DNA of 64,000 nucleotides from NCBI GenBank assembly GCA_044892525.1, contig CM097886.1, positions 27,218,001 through 27,282,000 on the forward strand, given 5' to 3'. The DNA is from Schmidtea polychroa. Its lineage: Eukaryota. Position numbers and translations under genes: made by a program. This document shows, one piece after another, positions 1-13,600 of this stretch. The notes beneath the pieces are model-generated. The model was not told where the DNA came from and searched no databases. It was given only the letters and a program-made list of their open reading frames with translations. The stretch's first letter is position 1; every line of letters starts with the position of its first letter.

Positions 1-1981
1 TAAATACACATTGCAAATAACAAGAATATGTGAAAACCACATTTCAGTGAATTGCAATAAATTTAAGGATTTCCTATTTAACAATAATAAATAATAGAAA
101 TAAATAATAATAAATAATAAATAATAAATAATAGAAAAAAAAGATAAACAGAAAATAAATGACTATAATGATTAATTTAAATTTAGCGTATTTATGTTAT
201 TTAAATTAAAAATAAAATATTTTGTTTTAATTAATTCAAATTAAAGAAAAGTGATCATTATCAATACTATGTGATTGAAAATGACAGGCGAATAAATTTT
301 GTTTAATGAATTTTTAATTGATAATATATAAAATAAATAGTAAAAATAGAAAATATCTGCGAGAGAATCTGACAAAAGGCATTTTAATTTGATCAATATT
401 AATATTTATTTAATTTTAATATTTTTATGATTTGTTATCATAGAAAAGCTCACCGATGAGTGATTTTTTTCCGACCCCTTTTGGAATTATGAATTGATTT
501 GTACCACTGTGTGTTTCTTTTATAAATATTGATCAATTTTCAACTTATAAAAAATATCTAATTTTTCAGTTGTAGTAAAATTTATAAACTATTGGGCAAT
601 GTTGGGTAAATGACGAATGTTAATTTAAATAATCAAAGGAAATTTGCATAAATGTTTTAATTGGTTTCTTCAAGGAAACTAAGATAGTAATATCTGGAGA
701 AAAGGGCAAACATCAAATATGTTGATGAAGTCTGGGGGAAAAAGGGAAAATTGAAAATGAATAGGAAATGTTATTAAAGAATATCTCGAAGAAATTCAAA
801 TTGGTTGGGCGAAATTAGACAGATTATTCATAGCCGTGTTATTTATTTATATATTTTTTTATTAAACTATATCTTAAATATAAGGTTAGTTATATTGCAT
901 ATTATATCCCTCTTACAGTATTACAAATTATAAAGACAACAATTTTGATAATTAACAGTTTGCATTTGGATTTATTATTTTTTTCTTGAAACACTTGAAA
1001 CACTTTTTTCTGAATGTTGAAGTATAACCACTATATACAAAGATAATATTTTATTACAATTTATCTGTCCAATCCACTCAAATAGAGCTAATGGCGAAGA
1101 AATAATATCGTCTTTTACATCTACTCAATTGGCACCATGAATTTAAAGAGTAACGTTTTTATACAATCGATCTGTCAATTTCATTTCACTTCAAGAGATC
1201 TATTAATGACTGAACAACTTTTAGAAGTTTTAGAAGTGAAACGTCATATTTAAAATTTCATCTAATAAAAAATTATAGTTAAAATTAAAATTATAGTTAC
1301 AAGAAATAATAAGCATATCAATAAATGTTCACAAGTATAATTTTATTCATTGTTTCGTTAATTTTTTTGAAGTTGTCTATACGTTAATAAAATATTATCA
1401 ATAATTAATGAAAACATTTACTAAATATTTGTTTGATTAAATGACATTCAAATAATAGTAAATTTTCAATATTAATTTATTGAACAATATTAGGGAGAAG
1501 TGAGTTATCTAGTACAGTGCGTTCTGATTGACTGAATAATAGCATGACTCATCCGAATGATGGCTCATTGGATGTCATGAGTTGGTGGAAATTTATTAGG
1601 TGAGTCAAGAAATTTAATTTTTATGATCATAATTTTCATTGTTTTTTAAAAAAAATATATTTTCAATGTCTTTTTAAAATAGTAATAAATTTGTTTTTAT
1701 ATATCGTGATTTTAATTGTAATTGTAATTTTTTAATTCATTTTTTTGTATAATATCATTGTTTCTTTAAAATATATCGTTCATATTCGGAAATCTCCCAT
1801 ATCTTGTATATCAATTGAAAGAAAAAGTTTAACAATATACTTTTTCTAATTTTGAATTCTCGAAGTATTTGTAGTTTGAATCGTTTAAATTTAAATATTT
1901 TCAAAGAATAATTCCAAAATTCATAGTGAATACAAGCTTACAATTATTACTTATGTACAATTGTTTCAGACCCAAATAAAC

Positions 1982-1982
<1 letters not shown>

Positions 1983-2049
<67 letters not shown>
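1983..2049. repeat. (TAT)n microsatellite
   Basis: Perfect ATT/TAT trinucleotide run; it produces the spurious poly-Ile ORF at 1901..2083. Confidence 0.97.
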
Positions 2050-2054
<5 letters not shown>

Positions 2055-2443
2055 ATAATTTTTATTATTATCCCCATCATCATCGTAATTTTAAATAAAA
2101 TACTTTAATAAAAATAATATATAATAATTTTGAAATAAATTGCAGATGAAGAAGTATAAATTACCCATTAAAATATTATTCATGGAGTTATGAATTATAC
2201 AAATCACTCTAATATTATCAGCAATTTACAAGTCAATTTAATCAACTTCCATTGTATTTATTCGAGTCTCTGCATCTAAGCTGTAGTGTAAAAAAGAAAG
2301 ATTTATTCAGATTTCATATTTAAAATAACAAAAACAAATTGAAAATTTAGATAATTTTTAAATTAATTTTGAATAAATCTTCAATAATAAAATATTTAAT
2401 TAGATCTATTTTATTTTATAAAATTATTATATATTATTTTGTA

Positions 2444-2529
<86 letters not shown>
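2444..2529. repeat. (TAT)n microsatellite
   Basis: Perfect trinucleotide run; it produces the spurious poly-Tyr and poly-Ile ORFs. Confidence 0.97.
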
Positions 2530-2530
<1 letters not shown>

Positions 2531-2542
2531 TCTAATAATAAT

Positions 2543-2993
2543 CAGGGCCGTAACAAGGGTGATGCGAGCGGTGCAGTCGCACAGGGCGCACATCTGAAAG
2601 GGGCGCAAAATTGGAACGTAACATTTTTTTAATGTTACCAAAAAATAACGAAATAGAAATAAAAGAAATTATCAAATGACATGCACGAAAAAAACGACAC
2701 ACTAACTAGTTTATCTTTAACATTGCTGATTGGACTGGTCGCTAAATGTGCCTTCGTAGGTATGTGTGTTTTTTGAAAAATGTTAGTCCACAAAATGGGC
2801 TCCTGTCATTTTTTCAATTAGCAACAGAATTTTAAGAGCATTACTACCTATTATAATAGCTGGAGATGAATACATAGTTAACAATCTCAACATGAATATT
2901 ATAATTATTATAGTAGGCTAATTTGAATTCGGGTTTTAGGGGCACCAGATATATGAACCGCACAGGGCGCAATAATGCCTTGTTACGGCCCTG
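2543..2993. mobile_element. hAT-type MITE (451 bp)
   Basis: Perfect 16-bp TIR CAGGGCCGTAACAAGG / CCTTGTTACGGCCCTG. 8-bp TSD ATAATAAT (2535-2542 and 2994-3001), although it lies in low-complexity AAT sequence. Subterminal CACAGGGCGC is repeated. Confidence 0.9.
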
Positions 2994-4505
2994 ATAATAA
3001 TAATAATTTATTTATATTTTAACACAACTAATTGACATAGGATATAGAGTGTATTTGTAATATATATGAGAAGAAATTAATTATTCAAAATTTTGTCCCT
3101 TGGTTACTTAAAGACATTACCTTCTTGTAACCAATCATGAAGCTGATTTCAGCGATTATTACAAGGATTGGCGTTTAGTTAAAATAAATGTTGACTTAAA
3201 CATAAATTCTCAAACAGAAACAATAAAAATGTTTTTAAGATCTTAGAATAGATCCAATTCAAAAAGTCAAAGAACTGATGACTGGAAAATATAATTTATC
3301 GAAGTCCTGGAAAAAGCTTATTCTGAAAATTTCAAGTGATAAAACATAAAAATTTTTACAAAATCATATTTTACATTTTTCAAAATTTTATTCAATTATT
3401 AATATTTAATTTAATTAAATAATTAATTAATAATTAATAATGAAATTAAAAATTTTAAATTCATTTAAGAATTTTTAAAAATTTAAAATAGTTCATAGAT
3501 CAACAATCTAGTTTATTTTTCCTTTCAATTGATTAATTATTCTTACAGTGAATATTATTTGCAAATGGAAAATTAATTATTTATAAAATCGATAATTAAA
3601 TTTATTAACCAAATGTGAAATTGCGAGCTTATAATTTGCTAAATTAGTGTACTCATTTCATACTGTACAAATCCAATAAGTTTCATTTGACTGAATTTCC
3701 CATCCATAATTGACAAAATTTTCATCTATTTAATTAATTAATCAATTAATATTTTTATGAATTATTTATTAAGACTTAAGATTTCAGAGATGAACTGAAA
3801 GTTAATAAATATTAACTAGTGGGGGAAGGCCGATTCTTAGGTTTAAGTAATTTTGTGTTATAAATTGTTATAAAATCTACCAATAGCCTAAAAAACTAAA
3901 CTAACTATTGCTTTAACCCAGATGTTGCCAAAACTATTTTATTCAAAAAATTTTATTCTTGCACTATCATAGAACTAAATACCGCAGTGTATACAAAATC
4001 AAGAATAAACAAATAAGTTAACTGGTCAAGACTTGTAATTGTGATGTGCTAAACACATTCTTATTATAGATATCTCTAAATAACTAGCGTAACTTAAAAT
4101 TATAATTTCGAAAATTATTTTATGACATTAAAAGATGAAAGCTTTTGATGAAAGGTCATCTTTCTTATGAACAGTAATAAAGGGATGCAAATTTTAAAAA
4201 AGATATGAACAATTATTGCTAATTATTACAGAGGGGCGATTGTCCTTAAACATAAAAATTCTAAGTGATTATAAATGATAATACCCCTCGATTAAATAAT
4301 AAACGAAATTCAATAATATCAAATTTATTTTTTAATTTATTTTATTTTTAACAAATGTGGTACATAACACAAAAACTTTTACATATTAGTGATTACTTCT
4401 GGTATTCCAAATATATTTAAAATTCTGATAATTATTTAAATTTCCATTATGTAAATTAAAATTTTTGAAATTATTTGAAATTTTTTAAAAATAAATCTTA
4501 AAAAA

Positions 4506-5849
4506 TGTTGGGTTATTGGGTTGGTGAAACTGTTTGTAAATTCAAACCTTTACTCTGACTCCAAAGCGTGTTTATTAATTCTTAATTTAACACTCTCGAA
4601 CACGATAAACTTTATTAATATTCACAATGGATCGTATAAAGTCTAATTACAACCAATTAACTATAAACGAATTTATCACACAGAGCTTATTTCGACATTA
4701 CGTGAAGAATAGGAATTACAACAATAATCACTAGCCGTCAACCACTCAATTACAGGGTACGTTGATTGATTGTTCTCTTTGCTTTGATCACAAATTTATT
4801 TACTCCACTTCCACTTTAGATTCAATTTTACAAAAGATTCTCGTCACCTTTTTTAACTCTCTAAATTTAACTCCTTTTAACTCTCGTTTTCTTCTCTCGT
4901 TGTCTCAGTTTTGTATCTATTTTATGTCCACCAGTTTTTCTTTATATAGATTGTTTTATTTGTGGCACTCGAGATAATCAAATGTTTTTTTATTATTGTA
5001 GATGGTCGGTGATTATTAAACTGTCAAATACTGATCTGACTCCAAGCGAGTTATTTAATAACGATAATGATAAATTCCAAAGGTATAAAACTTTATAGAT
5101 TATCACAGTTGATTAATAAGAATTCAACGATACCAATTTTCAATACACCTCAAATGTTTCAAATGATTATTACAACTCTTTGGGAAGAAAACCACAAAAA
5201 TGACAATACTCTAAGAACACAACCACCTGACTACTACCGGTAACGGACAATTCGCAAAATTGATCTGGTTACCTTTAACTTGATTTGAGTTTTTCAACTA
5301 CTTCTGATTTACTAATTTATATACGCAAGTTTCTTCAAAAATTCAAATTTCTCATAAATTTCTTTCTAGAAAATTTTTTCTCTTTTCGTAGCAAATATTT
5401 CTCTCGTTCCATATTCTTCTCGTCTCTGCTAATTTGTGTTCAGTTTTTATACATTTCCATCAGATGGCACTTATTGATAATACATTCCTTTTCCCACATG
5501 TTTCATTGAGAATTCCGTAATCCCTGACAGCAGTTGAGAAATATATTTTTTGGGCGATGCCCATGCCCTTTTTTTCTTTATCTAGAATAAGCCATAGAGA
5601 TAACATGATAATCGAAATTTTGTTTTGCTTTCTGTTATTATTTCTTTTGGCGCTTGTACTTGTTAATTAAGAATGACCTTTTATTTTATTGTCTTTGTTT
5701 ATTGATTTTCTTCTGTTCCATTCTCATTTTTCAATATCTCTCTTCCCATCCTATTTCACTGAGTTCCAGACGAATACCAATTTATTTACCATCATTTTGC
5801 CCAATCATTTTACGCCTTTAATGATTATTTTTATTTTTTATCCTCAACA
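4506..5849 (-). mobile_element. Gypsy-type LTR remnants (two tandem U5-end fragments, TG starts at 4506 and 4997)
   Basis: TGTTGGGTT at 4506 and CCTCAACA ending 5849 (reverse complement TGTTGAGG, the same as the LTR start at 56013). CTGACTCC motif at about 4555 and 5036 is shared with other LTRs in the window. No TSD seen. Confidence 0.6.
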
Positions 5850-7139
5850 GTACTACATAATATTCTAATTTTGAGTTAGTATTTGAAAGGAAGTCAAGAT
5901 TACCACTAGCCTGTATCCTTGTCCACAAATATGGATTAATTAAAATGATTGCAAGTTTATCCTCAAGAATTACATAAAAAGCTAATAAAGAAATCAAGAA
6001 AAAGAATAAATCTGAAAAGAAAATATCTAACAGAAATAAATGGAATTCAGAGGAAAAAATTAGGAGACAGTAATTGTTAAAAACAAGGCTGTAGTGCATC
6101 TGATAAAAAGTATATTGGGCCATACACGGTAAAGGAAATCAAGAACAAATTGAAATTTCTATTATGTAGTAGAGAACTAAGAAGAACAATTGGGAGACAT
6201 TTTAACCTTATAAAAGTAGTAAAAGAAGTTGATGAAAATGAATACCGAAATACAACTGTATGCACGAGCATAATTTGAAAGAAAAAGAATAAATCCAAAC
6301 TAGAAAGAATTAGAAATATCCAGTCCGAGAAACAGGAAACCAAAATCCAAAATATATTTCATTGTTAAGGAGTGAAATGTAACATGTTGCATTTTTGTTT
6401 AATTGTTTAATTTTTAATTAGTTGTTTGAATATATTTTAGATTTCAAGATTGTTGTAAATTTTCATATTAAAGTATATTTTATTATTAATTTTATTTATT
6501 AATTCTAACACTATTGGTCATTGGCTCTTGTGAGAATACCTTTTACTCGTATTATGAAAGAGACCACAAGAGTTACATAAATTATATCCATTGCTAGAAT
6601 CTTTGGCACTCAGAATTTTCAAAGATGTTACATGCAGATGCAAATCGCGGAAAAATGATTTCAATATATTGGGGTAATGTGAATTTAAACTAAATTTTTT
6701 CTCCTTAGGATCAAATAATAATCAAATAATCAGGAACTTCCAGATGAAATGCGAAGCTCAAAGCCATTAAATAAAAACAAGAAAATAATAAATACATTAC
6801 AAAATATTGACATTATTACTACTATTATTATTTTCTTTTAGAAATATCTTTTTGCTGTCCTTTCATTACGAGAAAAATCGTTATTGAGTTAAAATTTTCA
6901 CAGATTCTTTTATCTATTTCTCGTGTTTCTTGTTTGTACCACTTTCAAAATTTATCTTCATCTTAAAACCCTATTAATATTTTATTAATTAATATAAGAT
7001 GTAAATAACTTGCAACAAAATAATTTAATATTAATTTAATAATATAATTAATATTAATAATTTTTTAATGCCTTAACATTTGGAGTTAGAAATTGGGGCT
7101 CCTCAAATTATAATGCCCGCGGCAGTCATACGTGATGAG

Positions 7140-7322
7140 CAGCGCCGTGCTGTAACTTTTGGGGGCCCTGTGCAGAAACTAAAAAAATTTATTTTTTTCT
7201 TTCAATTCGTAGTAATTTATGGTATTGGAGAAGTTTTTCTAATGTATTTAATATTTGGGGCCCCTCAAAAATAGGGGGCCCAGTGCGATTGCACTTGTTG
7301 CACTTGCGATAGTACGGCGCTG
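7140..7322. mobile_element. hAT-type MITE (183 bp)
   Basis: 14-bp TIR CAGCGCCGTGCTGT vs CAGCGCCGTACTAT (2 mismatches). Perfect 8-bp TSD GTGATGAG (7132-7139 and 7323-7330). Confidence 0.92.
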
Positions 7323-8255
7323 GTGATGAGCATTTTATCATTTTAATTGAAAATCCACCATTTTTATTTGTATTCCTTTAATCATAAGCAAAACTGAGCA
7401 TTTGAAAAAATAATAAAAAATGTAAAAATATTTTTTATTTTATAATATTTTTATTGCAGAGTAGAATGTTTGTGAGTTATACAAAATTACATAATAAATA
7501 TACGAGTCTCACGGATATCTACAAAAATTGTAATAAATTGATAAATTAATTTATTTATATAAAATTTTATATATTCCTACAACCAAATCAATAAAATCAA
7601 TAAAATCAATATAAAATAAAAATTCATATTCACAATTCAAAATAATTATTACTTGACTGTAAAAATGCCGGTAAAAAATAACTACAAATTGTGTTTTTAT
7701 TTAAAAATATTATGAAAGAACCCAAATTTTATGAAAGCGACAATAATTGCGCGGGGAATTCGATTGAAAGGTTTCCCGGTTTTGCAATAGTTCTAAAGAA
7801 ATAGTTTTATGAAATTTTGATAGTGGAATAAAGTTGTAAATGTAAATTGAAAAGAATTACTTTATAATATATATTCATTATTACCATTCGAATTCGAATG
7901 GTTTGTTAGGTTTAAGAAATTCTTATTAGACAATTTCTCACTTGGACAACCAAACACTAAGTACCATTTGTATGGGCGCAGGGTCCAGCTTCAACATTTA
8001 GGTAAAATAAATATTTGCACTTAAACATTGAACCAATTTTCGCAACATGTTTTCTATATTCCTTATGATGTCATTAAAATATCAGCACTTTGTAAAATAT
8101 CAAAATTTTGATTAACAGGAAATATTTCGCATAGTTCTTGATAAAAAAAATTTCTAATGGATTTTGATAGAAGTGAAGCATAATTTTTGAATATAAGTAT
8201 AAAAATTTTCAAGAAAAAAATATAAAATCAGCAATTTTAAAAGATTTTCAACTTA

Positions 8256-8421
8256 ANNNNNNNNNNNNNNNNNNNNNNNNNNNNNNNNNNNNNNNNNNNN
8301 NNNNNNNNNNNNNNNNNNNNNNNNNNNNNNNNNNNNNNNNNNNNNNNNNNNNNNNNNNNNNNNNNNNNNNNNNNNNNNNNNNNNNNNNNNNNNNNNNNNN
8401 NNNNNNNNNNNNNNNNNNNNN
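8256..8421. other. Assembly gap (others at 22231-22374 and 48758-48943)
   Basis: Runs of N. Confidence 0.99.
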
Positions 8422-8426
8422 CTTAC

Positions 8427-8921
8427 TTGAGCACTTTTACTTTTTTCTGGATTTTCCATTAAATCCCAAATTTGACTGCGAAGTTTTGCGCATCTTCCGT
8501 TAATGTTTTCCGGCTGATAGTTAAGTTTGTTTAAATAGATTGCTTGAACTTTATTATATTCTTCTTTTGATATATCGTATTTCAAATTGTAAATATAATA
8601 ACAGCAACTCGACATCAAAGATTTATCAATACCCCAATATTCAAAATCCTCCGTCAAACTCATGACGCACATCGTATTCGTATCGTAGAGAACTCCAAAT
8701 TTCAGTAGATGAAGAATTGTAGTGAAAAATTTCGGATGTCTATCAAAGAAATATTCCTCTATATCTGCCTGGAAATCATCACAGTATTTTAGAATTTGTT
8801 GCGAAGTTATTGCCGAATAAAGTCGACACAAACGAACACTGTAGGCTCTTTTTAATATACTCTTCCATGAAACTTTAAACAATTGACCTCCTACATTTAG
8901 ATTTGCAATTTGAAAATGCAT
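8427..8921 (-). CDS. Voltage-gated K+ channel, Shab/Kv2-like: N-terminal T1 (BTB) domain exon (partial gene)
   Basis: LNVGG...LCRL...YCDDF...EYFFDRHPKFFTTIL...MCVMSL.EDFEYWGID...SSCC...LRSQIWDLMENPEKSKSAQ matches Kv2 T1 through the pre-S1 segment. Ends at a GTAAG donor (8426-8422) just before an N-gap. The start is uncertain (ATG at 8921 used; the frame is open to 9077). Confidence 0.85.
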
Positions 8922-10632
8922 ATAAAACGAATTTAACAAACCATTTAAAAAAATACTAAAATTAATTAAAATGCAGAGAGGAAAATGAAAAATATAGTAA
9001 TTAGTTAATAAGCGGAAATCGGATTGGTTGAAAATTGTTAATAATTTATTTCGATTAGCAAGCAATGGAAAAAGCATGGAAAATTATTATGCAAAATTCA
9101 TCAACCACATCAAATTGTGCCTGTTGAATAATTTTATTCCTATCCAAAAATGTTCTAATTTGAAATGGAAATTGCATTACAATAATCATTTAATTTTGTC
9201 AATAAATGTGGATAATTATTTTTTTGTATTATAATGTTTTTTTCCTATATGTGTCTATCATGTCCATCTGATTGGGCTTGAAAACGGTTGTTTCGAAAAT
9301 TCGTGTTAAATATAAATAGAAATTATTATCTAAGAAAAAAATGAAATAAAAGAAATCGATAAAAAGGTCATTGGTGTAAGAGATAAAATATTTTAATAAA
9401 ACTGAAAATCTTTGAATTAATTATATTTATTTAACATATTCAGCGTCACCGACCTCATATGAGATTTCTATTAAATGCTGTTACAATTCCAATGGTAACA
9501 ATCATAATTAAAAGATAAAACAGTTCAAAGATAATCGTCATAAAATCAACCATAAAAACATGGTTTTTGAAACTCTCTATATTAATTTCAACATATTTGA
9601 GATATAATCACGTTATCTCTTTAATCCGAAGTTAATGAATAGATACGAATTTATATTGAAATAAGGAAATAATGCTAGATTTGACATATCAATATTTTTT
9701 AAATTAACCAACTTTCCGCGATCGGATCAATCTGAAATTTTGATAGCGTGCAGTGTTCCTGACAACAAATCTACTTGCCAAATTTCAGCTCAATCCGATC
9801 ATGGAAAGTAGGTTAATCTGGGCTCATAAAATTTGCATAGAACATACAAACATAATTCAGCGAAGTTAATAGAGACGGTAAAAATGAACTGAACTAAATT
9901 GAGTTTCGATGAAATTACTGAAGTCATTCTAAAGAAAAGTTTAGAAATAATTAAGTAAACGGGATGATTATATGAAATTTCATTAGGATAAAGATGAAAG
10001 GACACTTTCTTAAGTATGTGACATCACATCTGACAATGATTAATTTGTTAATATGTTACTTTAGAACTGACATCGACTCAAACCACGTCGAGCTCATCTA
10101 AATATGTTGGATATATAACGGTTTTAGTAGGAAGAAAAATTCTAAATCTGCCTTGTGTTCAATAATCAACAATAAAGATCGAACGATATTGAAACTTTAT
10201 TTGTTACTCAATTTCATACTACCTCTGTTCAAGTCAATTAACAACAATATTAAAATAGCCCAAACAGACTGGCAAACTGTTTCCAAAAAGGAAATATCGG
10301 GAATTCACATCTTCTTGGTGAATTTGAAACTGTTTCATTATTTTGTCTCTTCAACCTTTGTCAATTTTATTTCGTTATTCACCCAGAAAAAATAATATTT
10401 GGAAAATCTACCTGACTTTATATAGGCTAATTGTTCAGGTCAGGCCAAATCTTTCATAAATTAAACACAGTTATTTTGTCATTTTAAATGTTTTGTGTTT
10501 GTCAAAAACAAAATTTGTTTATCCTATAGCAATGATCTATGAGTATAGAATTTTTTAATTAATTAATTAATTAATTAATTTTATCAGATTTTAATTTTCA
10601 ATAAAATTTTACAAATATTTTTTAATGAACAT

Positions 10633-13600
10633 TTAAGTTTTAACATCTTTCATGGCTGATTTGTAAATTTGAATATCCTCTTGGAAAACCTCTAAAGGAT
10701 GTCTTGTCCATCCAATAACTTCTCTTATTTTATCAACATCACTATCTTCATTTCCGGATGTACTGAAGTCCGACTGTCCGGAATCAAATGCATATCTGGC
10801 TTCAAAATAGTTACTAACATTATCCTGTTGTATTTTCAACTTTGTCATGAAGCAAACTAAACAGCTTTTCCCGATATCTTCAAAACAATCTGGACAAAAT
10901 TGACTGAAATCTTCTGGACAAACAAAAAATCCTTCTTTTTCTAAATCTTCACAAATGAGACATCTGTATTTACTAAAGACTTTAACCCAATTAAAAAAGT
11001 AGGGATAGTCACGGCGTAAACTTAAAAGAAAACTGTATTCAGCTTCCAAACGATTTTGTTGAACTTTGAAGATGATGATATTTTTTTTTGACCTCATATA
11101 CCGTTGTCGACCTAATAATAAAGTGTTGTATAAATGGACAATTCTCTGACGTTCTCTTTTTGGATAAAAGTAACCACAAATCACATGTCGAGATCTAGCC
11201 AAATAGCCATTGGATAGAGTTAGAATGTAAATTATGATCGACGTTATCATAAACAACCTTTTATGGAAGTCAGAGACTTGCCGGATATCTGGCGCACAAT
11301 CAGCAAGGCTATAGGTTATATTAAATCCTCCTAAAGCTTTTACTTCTTCCAGTACTGTATCAATCAAATATTTAATAAATCCATCCCCACTCGCAGTAAT
11401 ATTGAAAAATTCATCACCTTTTATAGTCAACTTAATAAGACTTACGTCTCGTATAACGTCGAGTGCTGTATAGAATACTTCTGCAACCAGAAACGTCGTA
11501 AACAGTGAGAGAAAAATCGCTGTAATTTTAATGAAATCTCGGATGACTTTGCTAATCTCTTCGGAGGTATAGAAATTTTGATTGAATAGAACCTTCTTTC
11601 TTTCATAGCTTTTCAACGGTAATAAACTTGTCCTATTCACTAATTTCCGTTGTTTGTCAATCAGTTGAAAATAATTTGTTATATATTTGTTGTCATAGTC
11701 GATGTCGACTAAATATTTCTTACAATACGAAAACGATCGGAAAATGACCAGCATCAATAGGATCTTCAACACGACCAATACTAAAATGATCAAGTCAACC
11801 AGTAGAACTACAGTGTCGGATAAAGTAAATGTAAGCACCGCTGTTCCATGTAATACTGCATCACCATTTATGTTGAATTTCTTTCTAGTAAACATCCAAG
11901 TGACATTAAAATCAAAGATCTCGTTCATAGCAGCAACGCCACTTTTTGTACCCTGATGCATTCCACCGAATCCGTCTTTAGTATTAGCCGCCTCTTGTTC
12001 GTTGGCACATTTTTGGGATTTTTCTAATGCCTTCTGAACATTGCAAGACGAATCCGAGTCAATTTCACTGTAACACATGTCTTTTAAACTAAATCCAAGA
12101 TTCAAGGAGCCCATTATTAAGTTTTGCATTGTTTGGCAAGCCGTTCCAATTGTTTTCTGACAAATTTGGGTTTTCATTAATTCAATGCTTGAGCATCCAC
12201 TGAACATTTTTGTTCTCATTTGACTAGAGATTAGACTACTTTTATTACTAAAGACATCTTTATACTCGTCGATGACTACCATACTCTTTTTAAATTGTTC
12301 CTCCAATTCTTTATATTGACTTCGTAATTTCTGAGTTTTCTGTTGGAATTTTCTTTGTTCACTTCTATCAAGTTTATGAAGCAATTTGGAAAATTTATTT
12401 TTCAGATTTATTTCCCTTGTCAAATTTCCGTTTGGTATGGCTGCTCGAATTTGTTTGGATTGATTGGCCGAATTGTCAATTTCATTATTTATAGGCTTAG
12501 AAGCATTGTAAACTTCTAAGGTTGATTGCTTCAGTTTATTCGAAGACTCGATAGTGTTTATAAGCAATCTTTGCATTGGATTGATCGCGATCCTTTGAAT
12601 GTCTTTTGATATATTTAACGCTACACCCATTGAACAATGAAGTGATAACATCACGGCTTGTATATTTCCAGCAATACAAGCCAAGGGACCGACAGCGGTT
12701 ATTCTTGCCAATTCCGCCATTAAAAACGCTCTTCCAGCTTTCATTCCAAGATTCGGTATCAACAAAATTGCAACTGTGCGAAATTTCGTAGATTTGATGA
12801 AAGCAAAAGTGAATGATACATACGTTGTATAATAGATTACATCAACTAAAGTTGTCGACACTTGAGACTGACCTTCAATTGCAGTGGAAAAAGCTGTGAG
12901 AAATAAATTCGCTATCTGGGAACCGATAAAGGCTTTCGCAAAAAACCGAAAAACTACAACAGTATATGGTGGATCTTCGTCAAAAATCGCTCGTTCAACT
13001 ATTGGAAAGTATGTCTTCAAAAGCTTTTGAATGAAGGTCGTGGCGTAGATTTCTTTGACATGTCGTAAATATGGTGTTCCTTCAATTACTTTTCCAATAA
13101 GGTTTGTCTTTTCTATTTGGGTGCGCCTTTTCATTTGATTGAATTGATTTTCTTTGGTTGGTGGGACTTGCAGCGGAGTTCCACGAGACTGGAGTTCCAA
13201 ATGCCTCGTTGGGATATATGATGTAAAAGAAGCAATGCCTATATTTTCGCCATAAATTCCTTGGATCATTGTTTTAATTGATGTTGAAATTAAATGAAAA
13301 ATAATAATTATCGAAATTTGTAACATTAAAAGCAAAACAGACAAAACAATTTCTGTAGTTAAAGCTCGAAAGATAATATTTTCAGTAAGTCTAAATCTAC
13401 AACCTTCATTATAATATCTTTTTAATGCACTTGGGTCATGTTTTGGACAAATTATGGTTTTCGCTCTATCACAACAACTTAAAGGAGCCAACGCGACCAA
13501 ACCAGGTTGGTTAAGGTATTTAAAATTTGCTAGCTCATAGTAATCAACTAAAGAAACCCATTTAATGTTAAACCAGTCAGTCGGTCCAGTCACTCCACAA

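Noticed and set aside
1901-2641. Poly-Ile and poly-Tyr ORFs
   Set aside because: Artefacts of (TAT)n microsatellites.
5818-6343. Hydrophobic overlapping ORFs considered as Kv S1-S6 or GPCR exons (ISFTVYGPIY loosely resembles the pore motif)
   Set aside because: No S4 arginine repeat and no TVGYG. The hydrophobicity is explained by T-rich composition, and the ORF runs into an LTR end.
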